Shown: piece after piece, positions 36,325-45,305 of the stretch
How positions within the stretch are numbered: the first letter of the stretch is position 1
Layout of the letters: every line of letters starts with the position of its first letter
Program-made: the position numbers and the translations under genes
Assembly (NCBI RefSeq): GCF_020741345.1
Contig: NZ_DYZD01000060.1
Coordinates: 78-64,077, forward strand
Direction: 5' to 3'
From: Nocardiopsis listeri
GTDB lineage: Bacteria; Actinomycetota; Actinomycetes; Streptosporangiales; Streptosporangiaceae
Length of the DNA stretch: 64,000 nucleotides
The notes under the pieces: model-generated
Told to the model about the DNA's origin: nothing
Seen by the model: only the letters and a program-made list of their open reading frames with translations
Database searches by the model: none

Positions 36325-37983
36325 ATGAGCACCGACCAGACCGACGCGATCGTCGTCGGGGCAGGGCTGGCCGGACTGGCCGCGGCCGCCGAGCTGGCCG
36401 ACGCGGGCAAGCGGGTGATCCTGCTGGACCAGGAACCCGAACAGTCCCTGGGCGGCCAGGCGTTCTGGTCCTTCGGCGGGTTGTTCTTCGTGGACTCCCC
36501 CGAACAGCGCCGCATGGGCGTGAAGGACTCCAAGGAGCTCGCGCTCCAGGACTGGATGGGCACCGCCGACTTCGACCGGCCCGAGGACGCCTGGCCGCGC
36601 AGGTGGGCCGAGGCCTACGTCGACTTCGCCGCCGGGGAGAAGTACTCGTGGCTGCGTCGACAGGGTCTGAAGATCTTCCCCGTCGTGGGCTGGGCCGAAC
36701 GCGGCGGGTACCTGGCCAACGGGCACGGCAACTCGGTACCCCGGTTCCACATCACGTGGGGCACCGGCCCCGGCGTGGTCGCCCCCTTCGAGCGCCGGGT
36801 GCGCGCCGCCGCCGAGAAGGGCCTGGTGGAGCTGCGATTCCGCCACCGGGTGGACGAACTGGTCGTGACCAACGGGACGGTCACCGGGGTGCGTGGCACG
36901 GTGCTGGCGCCCAGCGACGTCGAACGCGGACGCCCCAGCAACCGGGACGCCGTGGGCGAGTTCGAGGTGGGCGCCCAGGCGATCGTCGTCACCGCCGGCG
37001 GGATCGGCGCCGACCACGACCTGGTCCGACAGAACTGGCCCGAGCGCCTGGGCAAGGCCCCCGAGCACATGCTGTCGGGGGTGCCCGCCCACGTGGACGG
37101 GAGAATGCTCGGCATCACCGAGAAGGCCGGCGGTGAGATCATCAACCGCGACCGGATGTGGCACTACACCGAGGGAATCAAGAACTGGGACCCGATCTGG
37201 GACAAGCACGGCATCCGCATCCTGCCCGGCCCCTCCTCGCTGTGGCTGGACGCGACCGGCAAGCGGCTGCCCGCGCCCTACCTACCCGGGTTCGACACCC
37301 TGGGGACCTTGGACCACATCATGAGGAGCGGCCACGAGTACACGTGGTTCGTGCTCTCCCAGAAGATCATCGAGAAGGAGTTCGGTCTGTCGGGGTCGGA
37401 GCAGAACCCCGACCTGACCGGCAAGGACCTCAAGCTGGTGCTGCAACGGGTCCTGCCGGGCGCCCCTGGCCCGGTGGAGGCGTTCAAGCAGAACGGTGCC
37501 GACTTCGTGGTCGCCGACAAGCTTCCCGAGCTGATCCGCAAGATGAAGGAGGTCGCCGGCGACGACGTGCTCGACGCCGGCACGGTGACCCGCGAGGTGG
37601 TGGCCCGCGACCGCGAGATGGTCAACACCTTCACCAAGGACCTACAGGTCATGGCGATCCACAGCGCTCGCAACTACCGAGGTGACAAGCTCGCACGGGT
37701 GGCGACCCCGCACCAGATCCTGGACCCGAAGGCGGGCCCGCTGATCGCCGTGCGACTGCACATCCTCACCCGCAAGACCCTGGGCGGCCTGCACACCGAC
37801 CTGGACGCCCGCGTGCTGCGCGCCGACGGCACCCCGCTTCCGGGGGTGTACGCGGCCGGCGAGGTCGCCGGGTTCGGCGGCGGTGGCGTGCACGGCTACC
37901 GGTCCCTGGAGGGCACCTTCCTGGGCGGCTGCATCTTCTCCGGCCGCACGGCCGGAAGGGCCGCCGCGGCGGCGCTGGGCTAG
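36325..37983 (+). CDS. FAD-binding dehydrogenase (KsdD-like/COG3573-type, 552 aa)
   Basis: IVVGAGLAG, LGGQAFWSFGGLF, PRFHITWGTGPG, LTRKTLGGL, YAAGEVAGFGGGG, LEGTFLGGC. Confidence 0.9.
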   Translation: MSTDQTDAIVVGAGLAGLAAAAELADAGKRVILLDQEPEQSLGGQAFWSFGGLFFVDSPEQRRMGVKDSKELALQDWMGTADFDRPEDAWPRRWAEAYVDFAAGEKYSWLRRQGLKIFPVVGWAERGGYLANGHGNSVPRFHITWGTGPGVVAPFERRVRAAAEKGLVELRFRHRVDELVVTNGTVTGVRGTVLAPSDVERGRPSNRDAVGEFEVGAQAIVVTAGGIGADHDLVRQNWPERLGKAPEHMLSGVPAHVDGRMLGITEKAGGEIINRDRMWHYTEGIKNWDPIWDKHGIRILPGPSSLWLDATGKRLPAPYLPGFDTLGTLDHIMRSGHEYTWFVLSQKIIEKEFGLSGSEQNPDLTGKDLKLVLQRVLPGAPGPVEAFKQNGADFVVADKLPELIRKMKEVAGDDVLDAGTVTREVVARDREMVNTFTKDLQVMAIHSARNYRGDKLARVATPHQILDPKAGPLIAVRLHILTRKTLGGLHTDLDARVLRADGTPLPGVYAAGEVAGFGGGGVHGYRSLEGTFLGGCIFSGRTAGRAAAAALG

Positions 37984-37993
37984 GCACGACGCG

Positions 37994-38039
37994 GAAGGGG
38001 GTGGGACCGGCACCGGCCGGTCCCACCCCCTTCTTTTTT
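37994..38039 (+). terminator. Rho-independent terminator
   Basis: 17-bp stem GAAGGGGGTGGGACCGG/CCGGTCCCACCCCCTTC followed by TTTTTT. Confidence 0.9.
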
Positions 38040-38151
38040 GGTCGATATCAAGAGCCGAATGATGTGGGTTCTTATTCGCGAATTTCGCCATTTCCACCTC
38101 ACGCTCCCCAGAACTCCGCAACGTTGGTCTCCATGCGATCAAGGAGGCATT

Positions 38152-38811
38152 ATGAGTGTCATGACTATCGGCAAGACGGACCCGGAACCGGCACCGCTCA
38201 CCGTGGAGGATCTGCGAAGGATTCCGGACGACGGGCGGCGCTACGAGCTGGTCGACGGGAGGCTTGACGCGTCCCCCGCCCCCGTCAGCTTCCACACACT
38301 GGCCACCGCACGTCTTACCGCCCACCTCAGCAACTGCGCCCCGTCTGGACTTCTGATCATGGACGGTCCAGGGGTCATTCTCAATGCGGAACGTACGCGT
38401 TACCGAGTCCCGGACTTGGCCGTGATTCGTAGCGAGGATTTCCAGATGCCCTACACGACCACACCTCCGCTGCTGGCGGTGGAGGTGGTCTCACCCGAGA
38501 GCGTGTTCCGTGATCACTACACGAAACGGCAGGAGTACGCCGCCTTCGGCATTCCTTCGTACTGGGTCCTCACTCCCGATCCCGACAAGCCGAGCATCAT
38601 CGAACTGCGGTTGAAGGACGGTGAGTACACGGAGGTGGCCCCGGTGTTCGGTGAGGACGTCCTGGACACCGAACAGCCCTTCCCGGTACGGGTCGTACCG
38701 CAGTGGCTCCTGCGCTTGGACGGTGACTGGCGTCAACACGTTGGTGGACCGAAGGAGGCGGAGGATGCGAAGACGGCGCAGGAAACGGAGAAGCCGGAGA
38801 GCGGCTTGTAG
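38152..38811 (+). CDS. Uma2-family (PD-(D/E)xK-like) endonuclease (219 aa)
   Basis: RBS AAGGAGG; RYELVDG, P...[30 protein letters not shown]. Confidence 0.88.
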   Translation: MSVMTIGKTDPEPAPLTVEDLRRIPDDGRRYELVDGRLDASPAPVSFHTLATARLTAHLSNCAPSGLLIMDGPGVILNAERTRYRVPDLAVIRSEDFQMPYTTTPPLLAVEVVSPESVFRDHYTKRQEYAAFGIPSYWVLTPDPDKPSIIELRLKDGEYTEVAPVFGEDVLDTEQPFPVRVVPQWLLRLDGDWRQHVGGPKEAEDAKTAQETEKPESGL

Positions 38812-38828
38812 CCCCCGCCACGTCGACG

Positions 38829-38862
38829 CGAAGCCGGGTGTCCCCTCGGGCACCCGGCTTCG
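38829..38862. terminator. Hairpin between convergent Uma2 and RHH genes
   Basis: 12-bp stem CGAAGCCGGGTG/CACCCGGCTTCG. Confidence 0.7.
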
Positions 38863-39111
38863 TCATGCCCGCTCCGGCCCCTCCTCGGGCCTCGCTTCGG
38901 GTTCCTCGGAGGCGGCCTTGGACTTTCGCGGTCTGCCGCGACGCGGGATGTCCCTCGCCTCCTTGGGCATGCGACCCGCGTCGTCCAACGCACGACGGAG
39001 CAGGAACTCGATCTGGGCGTTGGTGCTGCGCAGCTCCTGCCCGGCCCAACGCGCGAGCGCGTCGTGGACGGCGGGATCGAGCCGCAGCAGCACCTTCTTG
39101 CGCTCGGACAA
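38863..39111 (-). CDS. Small Arc/ribbon-helix-helix-like DNA-binding protein
   Basis: [39 protein letters not shown] (beta-alpha-alpha pattern); 16 bp downstream of the SPFH gene. Confidence 0.8.
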   Translation of the reverse strand: MSERKKVLLRLDPAVHDALARWAGQELRSTNAQIEFLLRRALDDAGRMPKEARDIPRRGRPRKSKAASEEPEARPEEGPERA

Positions 39112-39127
39112 GGCACCTCACCCGGAT

Positions 39128-40036
39128 TTACTGGTACAGGGTCCCGGTGTTGACGACGGGGCTGGCGGGGCGGTCGGAGCACAGCACCACGAGCAGGTTG
39201 CTGACCATGGCGGCCTTGCGCTCCTCGTCCAGGTCCACCACGTCCTCGTCGGCCAGGCGTTCCAGGGCGCGGTCCACGAGGCTGACCGCGCCCTCGACGA
39301 TCTCGGCGCGGGCGGCGATCATCGCACTGGCCTGCTGACGCTGGAGCATGGCCTGAGCGATCTCCGGCGCGTAGGCCAGGTGGGTGAACCGGGACTCCAC
39401 GATCTTCACACCCGCGGCGTCCACGCGTTCTGCGACCTCCTTGGACAGCTGCTCGGTGATGGCGTCGGCACTGTCGCGCAGGGAGGTGCCGTCGCCGTCT
39501 CCGTAGGAGTCGTAGGGGTACTTGCCGGCGATGTGGCGCACGGCCGCCTCGGTCTGGGTGGAGACGAATTGGATGAAGTCGTCGACCTCGAAGGAGGCGC
39601 GGGCGGTGTCCTCGACCTGCCAGACCACGACGGCGGCGATCTCGATGGGACTGCCGGAGGCGTCGTTGACCTTCATGACGGAGGTCTCGTGGTTACGGAT
39701 CCGGGTGGAGATCGCGTTGCGCACGGTGAGCGGGTTGACCCAGCGCAGGCCGTCGGTGCGGATGGTACCGACGTAGCGGCCGAAGAACTGCACGACCTGG
39801 GCCTCGTTGGGGGCGACCATGGTCAGCCCGAAGGACAGGACGGCGCCGATCAGCGCCAAGGCCACGCCGATCGCGATGAGGAACATGGGCAGCTCGAGCA
39901 GCGGCAGCAGGGCGATACCGACGCCGCTCAGGAGGAGGACCATCGCGACCACGAACATGGGGATCCCGCCGTACCCGAAGGCGGCGCGTTCGCGGTACTG
40001 GGGTGTGGGTCTGGTGACGCCGGGGGTCTCGCTCAT
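39128..40036 (-). CDS. SPFH/band-7 domain membrane protein
   Basis: Two N-terminal TM helices; [50 protein letters not shown]. Confidence 0.9.
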   Translation of the reverse strand: MSETPGVTRPTPQYRERAAFGYGGIPMFVVAMVLLLSGVGIALLPLLELPMFLIAIGVALALIGAVLSFGLTMVAPNEAQVVQFFGRYVGTIRTDGLRWVNPLTVRNAISTRIRNHETSVMKVNDASGSPIEIAAVVVWQVEDTARASFEVDDFIQFVSTQTEAAVRHIAGKYPYDSYGDGDGTSLRDSADAITEQLSKEVAERVDAAGVKIVESRFTHLAYAPEIAQAMLQRQQASAMIAARAEIVEGAVSLVDRALERLADEDVVDLDEERKAAMVSNLLVVLCSDRPASPVVNTGTLYQ

Positions 40037-40061
40037 CTCGGTTCCTTCCTTGGGTGATGAC

Positions 40062-40085
40062 TGGAGTATAGCATTGTGATATCAC
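40062..40085 (-). promoter_or_regulatory. Extended -10 promoter for the SPFH operon with adjacent palindrome
   Basis: Minus strand TGcTATACT (about 40073-40065); perfect palindrome GTGATATCAC at 40076-40085. Confidence 0.55.
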
Positions 40086-40139
40086 TTTTAATGGCAAGTC
40101 CGCCCCGGCGGCCCCCGACCGAGAGGAGACGTCCACGCC

Positions 40140-40637
40140 ATGAGCAACGACGCTCTGCGCCTGCGACCGCCCAACCACCGAGTGGACCGTCGAGCCGTGG
40201 GGTGGTGGACGACCCAGGCCCTGTCCGTGACGGTCGTCCTCACCGCCATCCCCGTCGTGCCCGCGCTGATCTGGGAGCCCGTGCGGTTCTGGTTCCTCGT
40301 CGCGGCCGGGGTCGTGGGCGGGATCGGATTGCTGATCACCCTGGTGATGCCGCAGTGGCGCTACCGCGTCCACCGTTGGGAGATCACCGACACCGCCGTG
40401 TACACCTCCAGCGGTTGGCTGTGGCAGGAATGGCGGGTCGCGCCGATGTCTCGCATCCAGACCGTGGACACCGCGCGCGGACCGCTGCAGAGGGCCTTCG
40501 GGCTGTCCAGCGTGACCGTGACGACGGCCTCCGCCGCCGGGCCCATCGAGATCAGCGGGCTCGACCACACCCTCGCCACCGAAGTGGCCGACCAACTCAC
40601 CGACAGCACCGAAGCGGTTCCGGGGGACGCGACATGA
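40140..40637 (+). CDS. YdbS-like membrane protein, bacterial PH domain
   Basis: Two TM helices, then WRYRVHRWE, RIQTVDTARGPLQRAFGL.SVTVTTA. Confidence 0.85.
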   Translation: MSNDALRLRPPNHRVDRRAVGWWTTQALSVTVVLTAIPVVPALIWEPVRFWFLVAAGVVGGIGLLITLVMPQWRYRVHRWEITDTAVYTSSGWLWQEWRVAPMSRIQTVDTARGPLQRAFGLSSVTVTTASAAGPIEISGLDHTLATEVADQLTDSTEAVPGDAT

Positions 40638-42451
40638 CCTCCCACGACGACCACCGTCCAGAAGAGCCCGTCCCGAACGTCGCGCGCCCCGAAGCCGACC
40701 CGACCACGGCGGACCAGCACGCGCCGGACCCGAGCCCACCAGGGCAGGACGCCCCCGCCGAGACCGGCGAACCGACCGGGGACTGGCCGGGGCTGAGCCC
40801 CCTTTCGGTGTGGGCCGACACGGCGATCGTGGCGCTGTTCATGGTCCCCACCGCCATCGTCGCCACCGTCGTCCTGGTCGTGGCCGACCAGCCGCTGTGG
40901 GCGTTGCTGCCACTGCCGGCCACCGGCGCGTTCATCGCCCTGATGACCTTCCTGGACATGCTGCGGCTGCGCGCGGTGCGCTATCGGGTCACCGCCGACC
41001 GCATGGAGATGCGTTCGGGCATCATCGCCAAGGCCTACCGCTCCATCCCGCGTGAACGTGTGCGCAGTGTGGACGTGGCCGCCCCGATCTACGTGCGGGT
41101 CTTCGGCCTGTGCACGGTGACCGTGGGCACCGGTGAGAAGGTCGGATCCGGCGCCGACCAGCTGAAGTTGGAGTTCGTCACCGCCGAGCAGGGCGAACGG
41201 TTGCGCCGCGAGCTGCTACGGCGGGCCGGGAGCGCCGGTACCTCCCGAGCCCCTGAGGAGGGGGAGGACGAGCCGGTCGACGAGGACGGCACCGAGCTGG
41301 CCCGGCTGGATCCGCGCTGGTTCGCCTACGCGCCCGCCACCACCGCCACCTTCGGTATCGGTCTCGGTGTCATCGCCGCCCTCCTCGGCGCCAACGCCCA
41401 GTCGGGCGGGCACGGGTGGGCGTGGATCTCCGAACAGGCGGGGTTGCCCGGTTCGCAGCAGATGGCCGACTTCGTGATGTCCCGTCTGTTGCTCGTGGTT
41501 CCCCTGTTCTTGGTGGGTCTTCTGCTGTCCGGTGTGGTCATCCTGTTGTTGGCCGCGGTGGAGACCTGGTGGAACTATCGCCTGACCCGGGAGTCCGACG
41601 GCACGGTGCGGTTGCGCCGGGGCCTGCTGACCAGTGTCTCCCTGTCGGTGGAGGGCCGCCGCCTGAACGGTGTGGTCCTGCACGAGCCCTTCGTGCTGCG
41701 CTCGGTGCGCGGGGCGAGCATCCAGGCGGTCGCGACCGGGCTGGAGGGCGGCGACGACAAGAAGACCAGTGCCAAGAGCCGGTTGTCCCCGGCCATGCCC
41801 CGCTCTCGGGCCCGTGCCCTGGGCGCGGCGCTGATGCGCCAGGAGCGGTCCCCGTTGGACGTTCCGTTGGCCACGCATCCCAGGGCCGCGCTGCGCCGCC
41901 GGTTCACCCGGGCGACCTTCGTGACCCTGGCGGGGGTGGCGCTGGCCGGTGGACTGGCGTGGCTGCACATGGTCGCCACCGAGAGTTGGTGGGAACTGGC
42001 GCGCACGATCGAGGAGCACGTCATCCCGATCCCGCTGGTGGTCGAGAGCGTGGAGGCCACCCCCGGGTGGGGCTGGTTCTCGCTCGCGATCGTGCTGGGC
42101 GTGCTCGCGTTCTGGTACGCGGTGGGTTCCTACCGAGGCCTGGGGCACGGTCTGCACCCCGAGTACCTGGTGCTGCGCAAGGGCATGGGTGTGCGGGACA
42201 CGGTCACCCTGGAGCGGTCGGCGGTGATCGGCTGGCGGATCACCCGCTCGCCCTTCCAGCGCAGGTTGGGGCTGGCCGACGTGTCGGCGACCACGGCCGC
42301 GGGCGCCGGAATGTACTCCGCCCTGGACGTGGGGATGGGGCAGGGGCTGGCCTGGGCGGACGAGGCGGTTCCGGAACTGCTCGCGCCCTTCCTGGAACGC
42401 CCCGAGGCCAACGGGGAGACCGAGGGTTCACGCCCCACGCTGCTTCCCTGA
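40634..42451 (+). CDS. YdbT-like membrane protein with three bacterial PH domains (605 aa)
   Basis: ATGA overlap; repeated units RYRV...RSIPRERVRSVD, RGLLTSVSLS..RLNGV, LERSAVIGW...PFQRRLGLA separated by TM pairs. Confidence 0.85.
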   Translation: MTSHDDHRPEEPVPNVARPEADPTTADQHAPDPSPPGQDAPAETGEPTGDWPGLSPLSVWADTAIVALFMVPTAIVATVVLVVADQPLWALLPLPATGAFIALMTFLDMLRLRAVRYRVTADRMEMRSGIIAKAYRSIPRERVRSVDVAAPIYVRVFGLCTVTVGTGEKVGSGADQLKLEFVTAEQGERLRRELLRRAGSAGTSRAPEEGEDEPVDEDGTELARLDPRWFAYAPATTATFGIGLGVIAALLGANAQSGGHGWAWISEQAGLPGSQQMADFVMSRLLLVVPLFLVGLLLSGVVILLLAAVETWWNYRLTRESDGTVRLRRGLLTSVSLSVEGRRLNGVVLHEPFVLRSVRGASIQAVATGLEGGDDKKTSAKSRLSPAMPRSRARALGAALMRQERSPLDVPLATHPRAALRRRFTRATFVTLAGVALAGGLAWLHMVATESWWELARTIEEHVIPIPLVVESVEATPGWGWFSLAIVLGVLAFWYAVGSYRGLGHGLHPEYLVLRKGMGVRDTVTLERSAVIGWRITRSPFQRRLGLADVSATTAAGAGMYSALDVGMGQGLAWADEAVPELLAPFLERPEANGETEGSRPTLLP

Positions 42452-42503
42452 GCGGGCGACAGCGGCGTTGAAGGCCGGGTCCGAGTGTGCGAACGAAGTG
42501 AAT

Positions 42504-42556
42504 GAGGCCCCGTGCCGGGCGCCCGGCTTCCCCGCGGGCGCCCGGCACGGGGCCTC
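42504..42556. terminator. Long hairpin between convergent ydbT-like and STAS genes
   Basis: 22-bp perfect stem GAGGCCCCGTGCCGGGCGCCCG/CGGGCGCCCGGCACGGGGCCTC. Confidence 0.75.
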
Positions 42557-42578
42557 TTCGTCCACCGGGTCGCGAAGG

Positions 42579-42992
42579 TCAGGAGACGGGGTTGTCCCTG
42601 AAGGGAGGACCGTCGGCGCACAACCCGCTGGTGTGGGTCAGCGCCATCTCCACGATCGGATAGATGTCGAACAGGCGCCGCATGCCCAGGGCTTCCAGGA
42701 CCCGTTCGGCGATGGAGGACGGCTCGGCCAAGACCATGTGCGCGCCCCGCGCCTTGAGGGCCCGATGGACGGCGACCAGGGCGCGCACGCCACTGGCGTC
42801 GAAGAATCCGAGCCCGGACATGTCCACGACCAGGCAGTTGCAACGGGAGGTCTCGACCGCGTCGAGAAGACGTTCACGCAGCCGATCGGCGGTGGCCAGG
42901 TCCACTTCTCCGTGGACGCGCACCACCGTCACCCCCGTACAGGAGATACGTTCCCGGGCCGAGAACGGTACATCCTTCGCCACTCGGGCCAC
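42579..42992 (-). CDS. STAS-domain anti-sigma factor antagonist
   Basis: VVRVHGEVDLATADRL, LVVDMSGLGFFDASGVRAL, VERVL-like helix, FDIYP. Confidence 0.85.
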   Translation of the reverse strand: MARVAKDVPFSARERISCTGVTVVRVHGEVDLATADRLRERLLDAVETSRCNCLVVDMSGLGFFDASGVRALVAVHRALKARGAHMVLAEPSSIAERVLEALGMRRLFDIYPIVEMALTHTSGLCADGPPFRDNPVS

Positions 42993-43392
42993 CTCTCACC
43001 GGACGTAACCTTTCCACTACGCAACCGCGTACGAGATCGTAACCTCTCCAGAGAGGTTGCGGGAGGCTTTTGATGAGAAAACCCCCCGAAATCTCGCCGA
43101 TGTGGCTCCGCGGGCAGTTCGGTCTCACCTCACCGCGTGTTCGCCTGACCCTTCCGCCCCGGGCCACGCTCCACAGAGCCCCCACAGATCTCTCTCGGAC
43201 ACTCCCGAAGACGGACCCGCACCGTGCTTTCCCGCCTCCCGTGCGGTAAAAGCGGTACTTGGACGCCCGCGTGAGGCCGGTGCTCCCGAACCCCTCGGGG
43301 CGCGGGAGGATGACCGCATCGAGGGACACGACCAGAGCGAAGGGAGGGAGCGGCCCATCGACCGTCCCGAGCGGACGACGGCCGCGCACCCC

Positions 43393-43929
43393 ATGACCGA
43401 AACCGCCGACACCCAGCCCGGCTGGTTCTCCTCCGAGGAGTTGGAGAATGTCCGTGGCCGTATGCCCGTGCTCTACGTCCAGGCGGTACCCGTCCGAGTC
43501 GACGAGAGCGGCGAGGTGACACACGTGGGCCTGCTCATGCGGGCCGGCTCGGACGGAAGCTTCAACCGCTCGGTGGTCTCGGGCCGGGTGCTGTACCACG
43601 AACGGGTGCGCGACGCGCTCCTGCGCCACCTGGAGAAGGACCTGGGTCCGGTGGCCCTGCCCCGCATCCCCAGCTCCCCACAGCCGTTCACGGTCGCCGA
43701 GTACTTCCCCACCCCCGGGATCACCCCGTTCCACGACCCCCGCCAGCACGCGGTGGCCATGGCCTACGTCGTTCCGGTGAGCGGTGACTGCCAGCCCCGC
43801 CAGGACGCTCTGGACCTGGTGTGGTTCACCCCGGACGAGGCCACCGGCCCTCAGGTGCGCGAGGAGATGCAGGGTGGCCAGGGTGTCCTGGTCCGCCAGG
43901 CCCTGGCCTTCGTCGGGCACGCCCCCTGA
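43393..43929 (+). CDS. Nudix-like protein (DUF4916-type)
   Basis: RMPVLYVQAVPVR, VSGRVLYHERVRDALLRHLEKDLG, EYFP, HDPRQHAV, CQPRQDAL. Confidence 0.8.
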   Translation: MTETADTQPGWFSSEELENVRGRMPVLYVQAVPVRVDESGEVTHVGLLMRAGSDGSFNRSVVSGRVLYHERVRDALLRHLEKDLGPVALPRIPSSPQPFTVAEYFPTPGITPFHDPRQHAVAMAYVVPVSGDCQPRQDALDLVWFTPDEATGPQVREEMQGGQGVLVRQALAFVGHAP

Positions 43930-43935
43930 CGCTTC

Positions 43936-43964
43936 GCGGGGCCGCCGAAGACCGGCGGCCCCGC
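43936..43964 (+). terminator. Hairpin after Nudix gene
   Basis: 12-bp stem GCGGGGCCGCCG/CGGCGGCCCCGC. Confidence 0.55.
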
Positions 43965-44035
43965 CCCTTCCCGGCCTCCACCGGGCCCTATGCTTCCGAA
44001 GACGCACCCGGCACACCAGGAGGAGGACGGCGCGG

Positions 44036-44593
44036 ATGGTTCCCGAACGGGTCGACCAGGCGGCACGGCGCGAGGAGATCCGCTCCTCGGCGATCCGGGT
44101 GCTGTCCCGTGAGGGCTTCGCCGTCACCAAGGGCGAGGACAGGGCCGCCGAGGTCGCACTCATGGCCGAACGCACCGATCGCCTGTCGCAAAGTGCACTC
44201 CAACCGCACCGCCCCGCGGTGGAGCGGCTGACCGGACTGCTGCGATCGACCGTGGAGCTGTGGGCCGAACAGCCCGACCTCGCCCGGGTCCTGACCGACC
44301 TGTGGGCGGCCGAACGCACCCCGGCCCCGGCCGGTACCCCGGACATGACCGCCGTATACCGCACCCACCGGGCCGTGGTCATCGAACTGCTGCGCGAAGG
44401 CGTTCGGGAGGGCGACCTGCGCCCCGGCGCGGGCCCGGCCGAGGCGGCCGTGCTCATCGGCGCCATCGAGGGTTGCCTGGTGCAGTGGCTCATCGATCCG
44501 TCGGTGCCCTTGACGGAACTCTCCACCCCGATCATCGGGGCGTGCCTGTCCGATCTGCGCGACGATCGGGCGCGGGGCCCCGGTTCGGCATAA
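44036..44593 (+). pseudogene. TetR-family regulator with apparent in-frame loss of the HTH recognition helix (185 aa)
   Basis: RREEIRSSAIRVLSREGF (helix 1) and TKGEDRAAEVA (helix 2-like) run directly into the ligand domain; the usual G.S.G.LY.YF.SK segment is absent. C-terminal TetR_C-like region intact. Confidence 0.6.
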
Positions 44594-44603
44594 GCTGGAG
44601 TCC

Positions 44604-45293
44604 ATGCTCGACTCCCTCGTGGCCGACGTCCTCGCCATGGTTCCCCCGACCGACGGGGAGAACGCCCGCCGTATCGTGCTCGGGTTGGCCGGTGCCCCGG
44701 CCGCGGGCAAGTCCACCCTGGCCCGTTACCTGGTGCACGTGGTGAACGAGACCCTGGGTGCGGGTACCGCCGGCTACCTGCCCATGGACGGCTACCACTT
44801 GTCCAACGCACAGCTCGAACGGCTGGGCAGGAGCGACCGCAAGGGCGCCCCCGACACCTTCGACGTCCACGGCTACCTGGCGATGCTGCGCCGGTTGCCG
44901 GTGGAGACCGACCGCCCGGTCTACGTGCCCGACTACGACCGTCGGCTGCACGAGCCGGTCGCCGCACGCCACGTGATCGAACCGCACACCCGCCTGGTGG
45001 TGACCGAGGGCAACTACCTGGCCTCCGACCATGCCCCCTGGGACCAGGTACGGGGGCTGTTGGCCGAACTCTGGTACGTGGAGGCCACCGACCTGGTGCG
45101 CGAGCGCCGACTGCACCGACGACAAAGGGCCGGCGGCGCCGGCGCGAGCGCCGCCCGGGAGTGGGTGGAGCGCAGCGACCGGCCCAACGGCGAGCTGGTG
45201 AAGCGTTTCCGGGACAACTGCACCCGGGTGGTCCGGGTCGGCGGGGTGCCGCGGATCCGTTCGGGGCAGCACTCCCCCACCCGCCGCCGTTGA
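44604..45293 (+). CDS. P-loop nucleoside/nucleotide kinase (uridine/pantothenate kinase-like, YggC/FrcK type)
   Basis: GAPAAGKST, LPMDGYHL, KGAPDTFD, VTEGNYL. Confidence 0.85.
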   Translation: MLDSLVADVLAMVPPTDGENARRIVLGLAGAPAAGKSTLARYLVHVVNETLGAGTAGYLPMDGYHLSNAQLERLGRSDRKGAPDTFDVHGYLAMLRRLPVETDRPVYVPDYDRRLHEPVAARHVIEPHTRLVVTEGNYLASDHAPWDQVRGLLAELWYVEATDLVRERRLHRRQRAGGAGASAAREWVERSDRPNGELVKRFRDNCTRVVRVGGVPRIRSGQHSPTRRR

Positions 45294-45305
45294 CGCTGCG
45301 CCCCA

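Noticed and set aside
38152-39111. Uma2 + RHH as a toxin-antitoxin pair
   Set aside because: The genes are convergent with a terminator between them, and the RHH gene is coupled to the SPFH gene.
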